DNA of 64,000 bases from Patescibacteria group bacterium. GTDB taxonomy: Bacteria; Patescibacteriota; Minisyncoccia; UBA6257; 2-01-FULL-56-20. Location: contig JAGXBC010000003.1 of the NCBI GenBank assembly GCA_018971305.1, forward strand, positions 92,325-156,324, given 5' to 3'. Of this stretch, positions 9,427 to 18,874 are shown one piece after another. Made by a program: the position numbers and the translations under genes. Each line of letters begins with the position of its first letter. Within the stretch, counting starts at the first letter, position 1. The notes under the pieces were generated by a model. The model was not told where the DNA came from. It saw only the letters and a program-made list of their open reading frames with translations, and made no database searches.

Positions 9427-9870
9427 ATGGAGAATAATAGAAGGGAACTCATAGGGATAATTCCTCTTGGCGGAGACGAATTTGCCAATATATATCGATT
9501 AGATCTTTCCAATCCTGAAGAATTAACCAAATTAAAACCGGCTACATGGCGATTGTCAGACGAGGAATGGGTACTGTTGGCCTCCATAGCTGGCGTGGCT
9601 CATGCCTGGAACCATGATTTTCAAGAATATGTTAAGCGTGAAATCGTTGCCGAGCGCTTGCCTGCAAATTTCCGCCCATCGCAATGTTTCGGTGAGATTG
9701 GCCTAAAAGGTTTCAAATTGGTGAACGGAGATTTTCGGGAGTTTATTGTATATATGACCAATGAAAAGTGGCCGCTTCACAAGCTAGGTATTTTCGGTCA
9801 GTGGTTCATGAAATCTAAAATAAATCCTGGCTATGCGCAGGAAATCATTAAGGAATATCTCGAGGATTAA
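9427..9870 (+). CDS. Hypothetical protein
   Basis: 147-aa ORF with GGAGG SD and downstream hairpin. Confidence 0.6.
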   Translation: MENNRRELIGIIPLGGDEFANIYRLDLSNPEELTKLKPATWRLSDEEWVLLASIAGVAHAWNHDFQEYVKREIVAERLPANFRPSQCFGEIGLKGFKLVNGDFREFIVYMTNEKWPLHKLGIFGQWFMKSKINPGYAQEIIKEYLED

Positions 9871-9943
9871 TGTGGTTGCGCGGCGCAAATTACTTGCGCC
9901 GTTTTTATTTGCAAAATAAAAATATCCTGCTATCATAATCGTA

Positions 9944-10534
9944 ATGCTTTCTTATACAGACCTGACGAAAGGTGTTTTATTCATCTACGAAGGGGCGCCC
10001 TACGAGGTTTTGGAGACGCATTTCTTGCGCATGCAGCAAAGGAAGGCCGTCGTGCAGACCCGCATCCGCAACCTAATGACGGGTAAGCTTTTGGACCGTA
10101 ACTTCCAGGCAAGCGACACCTTTGAAGAAGCGGAGATAGAAAAGAGAAAAGCAAGTTTTATCTACAAGAAGCCGGGGCGTGGTGCGGATGCCGTCGACGA
10201 ATACTGGTTTAATGAAAAAGGAAATCCTGCCAGCCGTTTTGCTATCTCCGGGGAGTTATTGGGAGGAGGTGGACAATTTTTAAAACCCAACACGGAAGTG
10301 GAAACAGTGGTTTTTAAAGAGAAAGTTATCAAAGTTGCCCTTCCGATAAAGATGGAATTCAAAGTTGTGGAGGCGCCGCCGGCGATAAAGGGCAATACGG
10401 CTCAAGGTGGAACGAAAGTTGTAGAGCTGGAGGGTGGAGCTAAAATCAGCGCGCCTTTATTTATCAATCAGGGTGATCTCGTACGCATAAACACGGAAAC
10501 CGGTGAGTATGTTGAGAGAGTGGAAAAGAAATAG
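9944..10534 (+). CDS. efp: Elongation factor P
   Basis: MQQRKAVVQT loop, PPAIKGNTAQGG, APLFINQGD..RINTETGEYVER. Confidence 0.95.
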   Translation: MLSYTDLTKGVLFIYEGAPYEVLETHFLRMQQRKAVVQTRIRNLMTGKLLDRNFQASDTFEEAEIEKRKASFIYKKPGRGADAVDEYWFNEKGNPASRFAISGELLGGGGQFLKPNTEVETVVFKEKVIKVALPIKMEFKVVEAPPAIKGNTAQGGTKVVELEGGAKISAPLFINQGDLVRINTETGEYVERVEKK

Positions 10535-10543
10535 AATTTCGGC

Positions 10544-11095
10544 ATGAAGTTCAAATTGGGCGACAAGAAACTTCTCTTTAAAGGGAAGTATATCAATTTG
10601 TGGGGTAGAGAGTTCGGCGATGGCAGCGGAAATTCTCATGTTTGGGAATATATGGAAAAACGAGATGTTGTTTTCGTATTGCCCGTCACGGATGATGGCA
10701 AGGCGATTCTCATAAAGAATTACCGGGTGCCTCTGGAAAAATATGTGATAGAAACTCCGGCCGGCTTAATGGACAAAGAAAGCGAGAGCCGCGAAGACGC
10801 GGTCAAACGCGAATTATTGGAGGAGACGGGATACGAAGCTTCCGAATGGCATGCGCTTCCTCCGCAGCCATATCGCTCCGGTAGTTCAAAGAATTTGATG
10901 TACGGATTTATAGCTAAGGGTTTGAAAAAAGTAAAAGACGGAATTACGGGGGACGATACCGAAGATATATCCATTATGGAAGTGCCTTTGAAAGACCTGG
11001 TTAGGTTATGGCTGAACCCTTCGGATGACATATTTTTTGAACCGGAAATAATAGCCATGTATCAGGCGGGAATCGAAATGGGATTGCTTAAATAG
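10544..11095 (+). CDS. NUDIX hydrolase (ADP-ribose pyrophosphatase-like)
   Basis: Nudix box PAGLMD..ES...AVKRELLEETGY; YRVP. Confidence 0.88.
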   Translation: MKFKLGDKKLLFKGKYINLWGREFGDGSGNSHVWEYMEKRDVVFVLPVTDDGKAILIKNYRVPLEKYVIETPAGLMDKESESREDAVKRELLEETGYEASEWHALPPQPYRSGSSKNLMYGFIAKGLKKVKDGITGDDTEDISIMEVPLKDLVRLWLNPSDDIFFEPEIIAMYQAGIEMGLLK

Positions 11096-11112
11096 CGTTA
11101 AATTATAAAGCG

Positions 11113-12225
11113 ATGAATAAAATAGTTGCAAATATTGGTCAGGCACCAAAGCAAAAAGTTTTCGTCGCTATGTCGGGCGGAGTAGATAGCTCCGTCGCTG
11201 CCTTGTTGCTCCAAAATGATGGCTATGATGTAGTCGGAGTTTTTATGAAATGCTATAACCTTGACGGTTGTGCCGAACGCGATGCCGAAGACGCCCGCCG
11301 GGTGGCGCAGAAGCTGGATATACCTTTCTACGCCTGGGATTTTGAAAAAGAATATAAAGAGAAGGTGGTGGATTATATGATAGAGGGTTACAGACAAGGT
11401 ATCACTCCCAATCCCGATGTAATGTGCAATAAAGAAATAAAGTTCGGCTTATTTTTTAAAAAAGCGATGGCGATGGGTGCGGACTTTATTGCTACGGGCC
11501 ATTATGTCCGCCTCAAAGACGGGAGGTTGTATCAGGCCGTAGATAACAATAAAGATCAAAGTTATTTTCTTTGGACCTTAACGCAAGAACAATTGCCGCA
11601 CTGCCTTTTTCCGATAGGAGATTATATAAAATCGAAAGTTCGAGAAATTGCCCGCCAAGCCGGTCTGCCTACGGCGGATAAAAAGGATTCGCAAGGGATA
11701 TGTTTTTTGGGGAAAATTTCCGTGGATGATTTTTTGAAGCAATATATTCCCGAGCGGCGAGGAGCGGTTATTACCGCTGCTGGTAAAAAAATAGGGGAGC
11801 ATTCCGGAGCCGAATTTTATACTATCGGTCAGAGGCACATTGATGCCGACATTGTGTTTCCGAAAACCGGCAAAACCGCGGAGCGGCAGCCGCTTTATGT
11901 TTCAGAAAAGAACGTTAAAGATAATACGGTTACTGTAGCCGAGGGAAAAGATAACCAAGCGTTGTATAAAAAGGAAATTCATCTAGCCGGTATCAATTTT
12001 ATGAGCGGAGCGCTGCCCAAGATTAGTTCTCTGACCGTTTTAGCCCGCGTACGCTATCGCCAGCCGCTCGGCAAAGCGGTCTTAAACGGCACGACACTTA
12101 CATTCGAACAGCCGCAAAAATTTGTGGCGGTCGGACAGTCGGTAGTATTTTACCTGCCCTCCGAAACTTTATTGAAGGAGGGTTCGCTACAATATGAAAT
12201 GCTCGGCGGCGGTATTATTTTATAA
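11113..12225 (+). CDS. mnmA: tRNA 2-thiouridylase MnmA
   Basis: SGGVDSS, TPNPDVMCN, ATGHY, KDQSYFL, DSQGICF. Confidence 0.97.
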   Translation: MNKIVANIGQAPKQKVFVAMSGGVDSSVAALLLQNDGYDVVGVFMKCYNLDGCAERDAEDARRVAQKLDIPFYAWDFEKEYKEKVVDYMIEGYRQGITPNPDVMCNKEIKFGLFFKKAMAMGADFIATGHYVRLKDGRLYQAVDNNKDQSYFLWTLTQEQLPHCLFPIGDYIKSKVREIARQAGLPTADKKDSQGICFLGKISVDDFLKQYIPERRGAVITAAGKKIGEHSGAEFYTIGQRHIDADIVFPKTGKTAERQPLYVSEKNVKDNTVTVAEGKDNQALYKKEIHLAGINFMSGALPKISSLTVLARVRYRQPLGKAVLNGTTLTFEQPQKFVAVGQSVVFYLPSETLLKEGSLQYEMLGGGIIL

Positions 12226-12301
12226 TCAGGCGGCAGATTTACTTTAAAACGATTCTGTGGTATTATAATTTCAGAAAATACTTATAATCAGGAGAATAAA
12301 A

Positions 12302-12709
12302 GTGGAACAAGAAGGTATTGATAAGTCTTGCATGCTTGTAGACAACAATGAATCCTGTGTCTTGTTTAATATTCTTACCTCCATGCTCCCGGATTTTGTA
12401 GCGGAATGCGTGGATCTTGATACGGATTTAGGATATGACACCGTTAGAATGGTCCGTGACGATCTTGAGCACTCTATGTTACACGGAGCCCCAATTCATG
12501 TTTCTGGAAAAGAGAAAATAGCCATTCTCCGACTGGTTGAAATAGGCATTAAATTTCGGGAACAAATCGGTCCGGTGGGTTGCCACCATACGCCCATGGA
12601 ACATCAGGAGTTCATTGACGAGATTTCTCGTCGCATCAGAATCTCCTACGCAGTAGAATTTACGGAAAAAGATAGGACATATCTAAAAGAGTTGAATGTC
12701 TCATTGTAG
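12302..12709 (+). CDS. Hypothetical protein
   Basis: 135-aa ORF, AGGAG SD before GTG, downstream hairpin terminator. Confidence 0.55.
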   Translation: MEQEGIDKSCMLVDNNESCVLFNILTSMLPDFVAECVDLDTDLGYDTVRMVRDDLEHSMLHGAPIHVSGKEKIAILRLVEIGIKFREQIGPVGCHHTPMEHQEFIDEISRRIRISYAVEFTEKDRTYLKELNVSL

Positions 12710-12842
12710 CCCATTATTTTTTTTAAAGCCTCCTTTATCGGAGGCCGATTTTTTTGACATCATCGCTTTTTAAATATAGAATTTTCCTAAATAGACAACC
12801 CCTAAGGCCCTGAGCTGCGGGGAGTTTAGCTGTTTTGGTACA

Positions 12843-14867
12843 ATGGAAAAATTTGCATTGGTCTCAGAAAATAAGCCCGCAGGCGATCAGCCCAAAGCGA
12901 TTCAATCGCTTGTTTCTGGTTTGGAAAAAGGCTACAGCGACCAAACGCTTCTGGGCGTGACGGGCAGCGGTAAAACTTTTACGGTGGCGAATGTTATTGC
13001 GGAGATAAATAAGCCGACGCTTGTTATCGCTCACAATAAAACTCTGGCTGCCCAGCTCACGAACGAGTTCCGAGAACTCTTCCCAAAGAATTCGGTGAAT
13101 TATTTCGTTTCTTACTACGACTACTACCAGCCGGAGGCCTATATTCCTTCATCGGATACTTATATAGATAAAGAGGCGCTCATTAACGACGAGATAGATA
13201 AGCTCCGCCACGCGGCAACAACTGCGCTTCTTACGCGGCCGGATGTTATCGTTGTAGCCTCCGTTTCCTGTATCTACGGCTTGGGAGCGCCGGAGATTTA
13301 CGCCCAGAACATTTTCCACTTTAAAGTTGGCGACAAGATCGATCGTAAAGGATTCGCCCGGAAACTTGTGGAACTCCAATTCAGCCGTACGAGCTCAGAT
13401 CTGAAGAGGGGAACCTATCGTTTGCGCGGCGACAATTGGGAGATAATGCCGGCAGATCGCGAGGTTATCTATAATTTTGAAGTTAAAAATAATACCATAC
13501 GAGCTATTTATGAAATTGACCCGGTCATGGGATTCCGTCCCGGTAAAACCCCGAATGTTCCGGATGTGATTTTCGCGCCGGCAAAACATTTTATAACCGA
13601 AGCGCCGGAACGTGAGCGGGCTATAGAAGCTATTAAAAGTGAACTCAAAGAGCGGCTGAAATTTTTTGAAAAGAACGGAAAATTCCTGGAAGCTGAGCGC
13701 CTGGAACGGCGCACAAAATTTGATATAGCGATGATGCGTGAAGTCGGTTATTGCCACGGTATTGAGAATTATTCCCGCCATCTATCCGGCCGCGCCGCCG
13801 GCGAGCCGCCAGACACTCTTCTGGATTATTTTCCGCACGACAAAAGCGGCAAACCCGGATTTCTCACTGTCATCGATGAATCACACATGACGGTTCCTCA
13901 GCTGCGGGGAATGTTTGAGGGTGATAAATCGCGCAAAGAGACATTGGTTGAATATGGTTTTCGCTTACCATCTGCCAAAGATAATCGCCCGCTTAGGTTT
14001 TCTGAATTTAAAGAAAAGATCGGACAGACGATTTATACCTCCGCTACGCCCAGCCCGTACGAATTAGAAATGAGCGGGCAGGCCTGTTCCGAGCCAAATC
14101 GAGGTGTCGTTGAACAGATAATCCGTCCTACGGGGCTTGTAGATCCGAAAATCACGATACGGCCGGCGCGCGGCCAGGTGGAAGATCTCATTCCGCGTTT
14201 GGAAGAGCGAGTTAAAAAGAAAGAGCGCGTGCTAGTGACAACGCTCACAAAACGCATGGCCGAAGACCTATCCGCTTATCTGGAAGAAAAAAAGATGAAA
14301 GTGAGCTATCTCCATAGCGACGTAAAAACTATGGACCGCATAAGGATTCTTACAGATTTGCGTCGGGGGAAAATCGAAATCCTTGTGGGTGTTAATCTCT
14401 TGCGCGAAGGCTTAGACCTGCCGGAGGTTTCACTTGTCGCCATCATGGACGCGGACAAAGAAGGATTCCTTCGCAGCGAGGTGTCTCTGATACAGACCAT
14501 CGGCCGGGCAGCTAGAAACGTTGCCGGCGAGGTTTTGATATACGCAGACCGGATAACAGGTTCCATTAAACATGCGGTGGGGGAAACGGAGCGTCGCCGC
14601 AAAATTCAGCTTGCATACAACAAAAAACATAACATAACACCAGCGACAATTGTCAAAAAGATTTCGGACATCCTGCCAAATGTGGACGAAATCTTGCAGT
14701 TAGAAACGAAACCGATTCCTAAAACCAAAACCGGCATGCAGAAACTTCTTGCGGCAAAGGAACGTGAGATGAAAGAAGCCGCTAAACGACTGGATTTTGA
14801 ATTGGCGGCGATACTCCGTGACGAGATTAAGGAATTATCAAAAAAAATAGGAAAAAAATACAAATAA
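12843..14867 (+). CDS. uvrB: Excinuclease ABC subunit B
   Basis: LGVTGSGKT, YYDYYQPEAY, DESH, NLLREGLD, QTIGRAARN, C-terminal UVR domain. Confidence 0.98.
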   Translation: MEKFALVSENKPAGDQPKAIQSLVSGLEKGYSDQTLLGVTGSGKTFTVANVIAEINKPTLVIAHNKTLAAQLTNEFRELFPKNSVNYFVSYYDYYQPEAYIPSSDTYIDKEALINDEIDKLRHAATTALLTRPDVIVVASVSCIYGLGAPEIYAQNIFHFKVGDKIDRKGFARKLVELQFSRTSSDLKRGTYRLRGDNWEIMPADREVIYNFEVKNNTIRAIYEIDPVMGFRPGKTPNVPDVIFAPAKHFITEAPERERAIEAIKSELKERLKFFEKNGKFLEAERLERRTKFDIAMMREVGYCHGIENYSRHLSGRAAGEPPDTLLDYFPHDKSGKPGFLTVIDESHMTVPQLRGMFEGDKSRKETLVEYGFRLPSAKDNRPLRFSEFKEKIGQTIYTSATPSPYELEMSGQACSEPNRGVVEQIIRPTGLVDPKITIRPARGQVEDLIPRLEERVKKKERVLVTTLTKRMAEDLSAYLEEKKMKVSYLHSDVKTMDRIRILTDLRRGKIEILVGVNLLREGLDLPEVSLVAIMDADKEGFLRSEVSLIQTIGRAARNVAGEVLIYADRITGSIKHAVGETERRRKIQLAYNKKHNITPATIVKKISDILPNVDEILQLETKPIPKTKTGMQKLLAAKEREMKEAAKRLDFELAAILRDEIKELSKKIGKKYK

Positions 14868-14885
14868 AATTAAAAGCCGCTCCGT

Positions 14886-15173
14886 TTATCTGGAGGCGGC
14901 CAATATGGCGCTGATTATTTTTGCCATTGAGGCAAAGTTGTTAAAGAACCAAATATTTCCTTCCCTATCTCTTATCTCGAGATATTCCAGATTATTTTCC
15001 TGAGACAACTTGAATTTAATGGAGAAGTCACCATCGGCGACTGCCTTCCAAAATCCTTCCCGATGGACAACCTTATTCAGATATTCATTGGATATTTTTA
15101 AGGCCATGAGAACCTCTTCGCGATAGGACTTACGGTCCAGTAGTAAATTTTCTTCCGAATCGGAATCTTTCAA
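14886..15173 (-). CDS. Hypothetical protein
   Basis: 95-aa ORF, GGTGGTGAGG SD-like element before TTG. Confidence 0.45.
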   Translation of the reverse strand: MKDSDSEENLLLDRKSYREEVLMALKISNEYLNKVVHREGFWKAVADGDFSIKFKLSQENNLEYLEIRDREGNIWFFNNFASMAKIISAILAASR

Positions 15174-15332
15174 ATTGCCTCACCACCTTTTTATTTCAAG
15201 CACTATTTTTATTTTATGCCTTGGTTCACAAACCGCAAGGCAGGCCTTCTGGTTGGAGTATTGACGTAGGGCAAGATTCGGTATTAATATGAAAAATAGT
15301 TTATTAATAGCGGTAGTAAAGGAGAGCGGCTT

Positions 15333-15728
15333 ATGCCAGTGGAATTAACCGAAGTAGCCGAATTGGATGCTCTTAATAAGAAGATTTTGGAACTCACACA
15401 ACAAAGAGACAACACTTTGCGGGAATTACGCAAGAAGTGTAATCATCTTCGTTTGGTTGAGATAGATTCTTCTAGTCCGCCCATGCGCATATGTGCCGAC
15501 TGCGGAGCCGAGGAAAGAGGTTGGTATTGCGGATACCATGTCCTTATCATGAGCGGAGATACATGGATTGACCCGTACAAAGATGAGCGTACTATCGTCA
15601 AAAAGACGTCTTCTATGTCCGAGTTTAACCAGTACCGCAAAGCCGGTTCCCGATATCCCGTTGGGCAAAGCCATCCTAATTTTGGGAAACCGAGGCAGTC
15701 CAGGGAACAATTAACTGAAATTCCGTAG
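15333..15728 (+). CDS. Hypothetical protein (coiled coil + CxH...CxxC zinc ribbon)
   Basis: KKCNH...RICADCG; AAGGAG SD; own promoter and terminator. Confidence 0.65.
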   Translation: MPVELTEVAELDALNKKILELTQQRDNTLRELRKKCNHLRLVEIDSSSPPMRICADCGAEERGWYCGYHVLIMSGDTWIDPYKDERTIVKKTSSMSEFNQYRKAGSRYPVGQSHPNFGKPRQSREQLTEIP

Positions 15729-15816
15729 AATATTTTTACAAATCAAGGCGTCTATATGACGCCATTTTTTTCTGCACGCAACGAGAAATTAATGTATCAT
15801 TAAATGATCATTCACG

Positions 15817-16317
15817 ATGAGACTATCCCGACGGCAAACTTACGAACCAGAAGAAGAGTATAAACCAGTTTATCTTACGGCGGATGGTTTTGCCCGTCTT
15901 AAGGCCAAGATTGCCGCTATAAAAGAGAAGTTGCCGACACTGGCAGAGGAAACCAGACGAACGGCGGCGTACGGCGACCGTTCGGAGAATGCTGAATATA
16001 AAGAAGCAAAGTCATCGCTCCGCCGTGCGAATTGGCAGATACTTCATCTGGAAGACCAGCTCAAACGCGTGGAGGTTATAAAACAATCTCCAAATAAGCT
16101 CGGTAAAATCGGGCTCGGTTCAACCGTTACTCTTAAAGTGGGAGATAAAAAGGAAATTTTTGAGATATTGGGTTCGCACGAATCTAATCCTTCGCGCGGG
16201 CGCATATCTTATGTTTCACCGCTCGGCGCCGCCCTTATGAACCGCTCAAAAGGGGACCTAGTGACGATCCAAACCGCGAATGGGTTTAGGGCGTATAAAA
16301 TCATTGAAGTCCGCTGA
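15817..16317 (+). CDS. greA: Transcription elongation factor GreA/GreB family
   Basis: YGDRSENAEYKEAK, ISYVSPLGAAL. Confidence 0.9.
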   Translation: MRLSRRQTYEPEEEYKPVYLTADGFARLKAKIAAIKEKLPTLAEETRRTAAYGDRSENAEYKEAKSSLRRANWQILHLEDQLKRVEVIKQSPNKLGKIGLGSTVTLKVGDKKEIFEILGSHESNPSRGRISYVSPLGAALMNRSKGDLVTIQTANGFRAYKIIEVR

Positions 16318-16404
16318 TCTGTTTCGCCGGCGATTAATAAAAAAACAACCCCGATAAAATGCCTAGGCAAAATTATCGAGGTTTTTATTATCTGCCCGCT
16401 GATA

Positions 16405-16516
16405 CCCAGCCGCTTGCGGCGGGGATGAAGCGGTGCGCAGATAATAAACCCCGCCGACGGCGGGGTGAATAACCGCCTTACTGCAAATAGATACCGCGCT
16501 GCTTGCAGCGCGGTTA
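16405..16516. repeat. Cluster of GC-rich palindromes between convergent genes
   Basis: CCCAGCCGCTTGCGGCGGGG, ACCCCGCCGACGGCGGGGT, ACCGCGCTGCTTGCAGCGCGGT. Confidence 0.7.
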
Positions 16517-16521
16517 TTCAT

Positions 16522-17259
16522 TTATCTGCTTGTCGGAAGTGTCGCAAGCTTTAACGAACAGAGTAGGCGGATGAATATCCAGCCAAGGTCAACTTCGCTC
16601 CATTTGTAGCGTAGAGAAGGATTCCCCGGTTTGTGGTGATGATTGTTGTGCAGACCTTCTCCCATCGTAATCCAAGCGATAAGCCGGTTATTGAACGCTG
16701 GCTTATTCTTAAAATTTTTGTAACCGCGGACATGGCACCACCCGTTTATCAAATTGTTTAAAAAAAACAGATAAAGAAACGTGTGGGTTCCCGCGATAAT
16801 GAGCGTTGGCCAAAATCTAAATCCAACAAGCATGTAGAGCAGTCCGATACCTACCGCAAGTCCCACTTTCGGCGATTTGAAAATCGTTTCCTCTGCAAGT
16901 GTGGGCTTGATGTTTTTAGCGCAAGCGAGGACCTCTGGCCTTTTTGCGGCCTTGCGATAAAGAAACAAGTTGCCGAGCTGTACCGCCCAAAGTCCGAGAA
17001 GTATAGGGCTGTGGGGGTCGCCATCTACGTCGGTGTGGTTGTGGTGGTAGCGATGAACCGCCGCCCATTCAATGCGGTTGATGCCTGTCGTCAGCCATAA
17101 ACCGCCCTGCATAAAAAATTCAACCCGTGGATGGAACTTTACGGAACAGTGGGTGGTGCTTCGGTGCAGATAAACTGTGGTCAAGAGCGTGGCTGCCTCA
17201 GCGAGAATAAATCCTAGCAGCGCGTAGAAGAAGAAGTAACCAAGAATGTTGTAGAGCAT
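16522..17259 (-). CDS. Membrane-bound (delta-9-type) fatty acid desaturase
   Basis: His boxes YLHRSTTH, HRYHH..TD..GDPHSP, GEGLHNNHH. Confidence 0.92.
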   Translation of the reverse strand: MLYNILGYFFFYALLGFILAEAATLLTTVYLHRSTTHCSVKFHPRVEFFMQGGLWLTTGINRIEWAAVHRYHHNHTDVDGDPHSPILLGLWAVQLGNLFLYRKAAKRPEVLACAKNIKPTLAEETIFKSPKVGLAVGIGLLYMLVGFRFWPTLIIAGTHTFLYLFFLNNLINGWCHVRGYKNFKNKPAFNNRLIAWITMGEGLHNNHHHKPGNPSLRYKWSEVDLGWIFIRLLCSLKLATLPTSR

Positions 17260-17447
17260 ATTGTCATGCCTCCATTCGTTTTGAATTGAAAATAGTACTG
17301 CCTTTATTATGGCAGATTTTCGGGATTAAGCCCAGTTAATAAACTTTGTTTTAAACTTCCGGATGAAATTATTGATATTTAAATAAAAAAATGGCCACCC
17401 GTAAATTTCAGAGTGGCCTAAGTATTGTTGGTAGCGGCGATTTTTTA

Positions 17448-17741
17448 CTACGATCGCTCGCCTAGGAGATAGTGCGCGGCCGAAATCACTCGGCTGCGGG
17501 TGTGGGGCTGAGCCCCTTCCTTTTCCGACTCAGAGACGTTGAGAACACATCCCTTGGAGACGCAGGCTTGTTTCCGGTGCCTGCCGATACTTCGGCCGTG
17601 ACCCCGAATCGTCGCCGGCATCGCATTCGCCGTATCCATGAGGTCTTTCAGGGTGAAGCCGGCAGACAGTACAGACTTCGCTGCAGCGGTTTCATCTTTG
17701 TCCAGTGATCGAAAGAACACCCTTACCGCCATTGCTTGCAT
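17448..17741 (-). CDS. Small hypothetical protein
   Basis: AAAGGAG SD; upstream TTGACA-18-TATAAT on the minus strand (17840-17811); downstream hairpin with T-tract. Confidence 0.5.
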   Translation of the reverse strand: MQAMAVRVFFRSLDKDETAAAKSVLSAGFTLKDLMDTANAMPATIRGHGRSIGRHRKQACVSKGCVLNVSESEKEGAQPHTRSRVISAAHYLLGERS

Positions 17742-17960
17742 GACTACTTCTCCTTTGTTTTAGCAGTTTTGTATTTCCACCATAATTTCGGTGGATAACT
17801 GCTATTGGTGATTATAGCATATAAATTGTTATTATGTCAAGTAGGGTAAAATACCCCTTAAAATTAAGGGGAATGTAAGTAAATTAAGAGTTATAATTCT
17901 GGCCTTATTTGTGCTACAATGGTTAAAAGCGTCGGGAAACAAATTAAAATTATTTATAAA

Positions 17961-18773
17961 ATGAATCAAAATATTAAAAATGCGGTGTGGGTCGCCGTTG
18001 GTCTTGCGGTTTTGGCGGTAGGGTACGCGGCGTTGAGCTACGCGAACTCTTTCGGCAAATCCATCCAGCCGTCGTCTTTCAGGAGTTTCTCCGTTTCAGG
18101 AGAAGGGAAGGTGGTCGCGATTCCGGATGTCGCGGAATTTTCTTTCACGGTGACAACGGAAGGCGGAACGGACGTTGCTTCTCTGCAGACCACGAATACG
18201 GACAAAGTGAACAAAGCGATTGATTTCGTAAAATCTCAGGGAGTCGCGGACAAAGACATAAAAACTTCTTACTATAATATCAATCCTCGTTATCAGACAT
18301 ATCAATGTCAAAACCCGATTGTTTATGGGAGCAACGGTTCGGCTCCGAGCGTTCAGCCTTGTCCGCCGGCTTCGATAGTCGGCTACACGGTTACTCAGTC
18401 GGTTGATGTTAAAGTTCGCGATTTCAGCAAAACAGGAGCTATTATGAGCGGAGTTGTTACGAACGGAGCGAATCAAATCGGAGCCCTTTCGTTTTCTATA
18501 GACGATCCGACAAAAGTTCGGAGCGAAGCCCGGGCTCAGGCCATAGCCAAAGCGAGGGCCGAGGCGCAAAATATTGCCCAAGCCGGAGGATTTAGCGTTG
18601 GCAGATTGCTTGGCGTAAGCGAGGGATACAATCCGTATCCCGTATATAATAGTTTTTCAATGGCGGCTGGTCTTGGAGGAGCTAAAGCGGATGCTGCCGT
18701 TCCCGCTCCGGCGATCCAGCCGGGTTCGCAGGAAGTGGACGTAACCGTTAGTATGCAGTACGAAATAAATTAA
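17961..18773 (+). CDS. SIMPL / DUF541 (BP26-like) exported protein
   Basis: SVSGEGKVVAIPDVAEFSF, GANQIGALSFSIDD, IQPGSQEV; likely start at ATG 17961. Confidence 0.9.
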   Translation: MNQNIKNAVWVAVGLAVLAVGYAALSYANSFGKSIQPSSFRSFSVSGEGKVVAIPDVAEFSFTVTTEGGTDVASLQTTNTDKVNKAIDFVKSQGVADKDIKTSYYNINPRYQTYQCQNPIVYGSNGSAPSVQPCPPASIVGYTVTQSVDVKVRDFSKTGAIMSGVVTNGANQIGALSFSIDDPTKVRSEARAQAIAKARAEAQNIAQAGGFSVGRLLGVSEGYNPYPVYNSFSMAAGLGGAKADAAVPAPAIQPGSQEVDVTVSMQYEIN

Positions 18774-18794
18774 ATTGATTATTGATAACTTAAC

Positions 18795-18819
18795 AGCCCC
18801 GGATAATTCCGGGGCTTTT
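18795..18819 (+). terminator. Intrinsic terminator
   Basis: AGCCCCGGA-TAAT-TCCGGGGCTTTT. Confidence 0.75.
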
Positions 18820-18874
18820 GTTTTTGGCTCGTATTGGAAAATTTGCGGAGAACGAGGGATAATTAAAAGAAATA

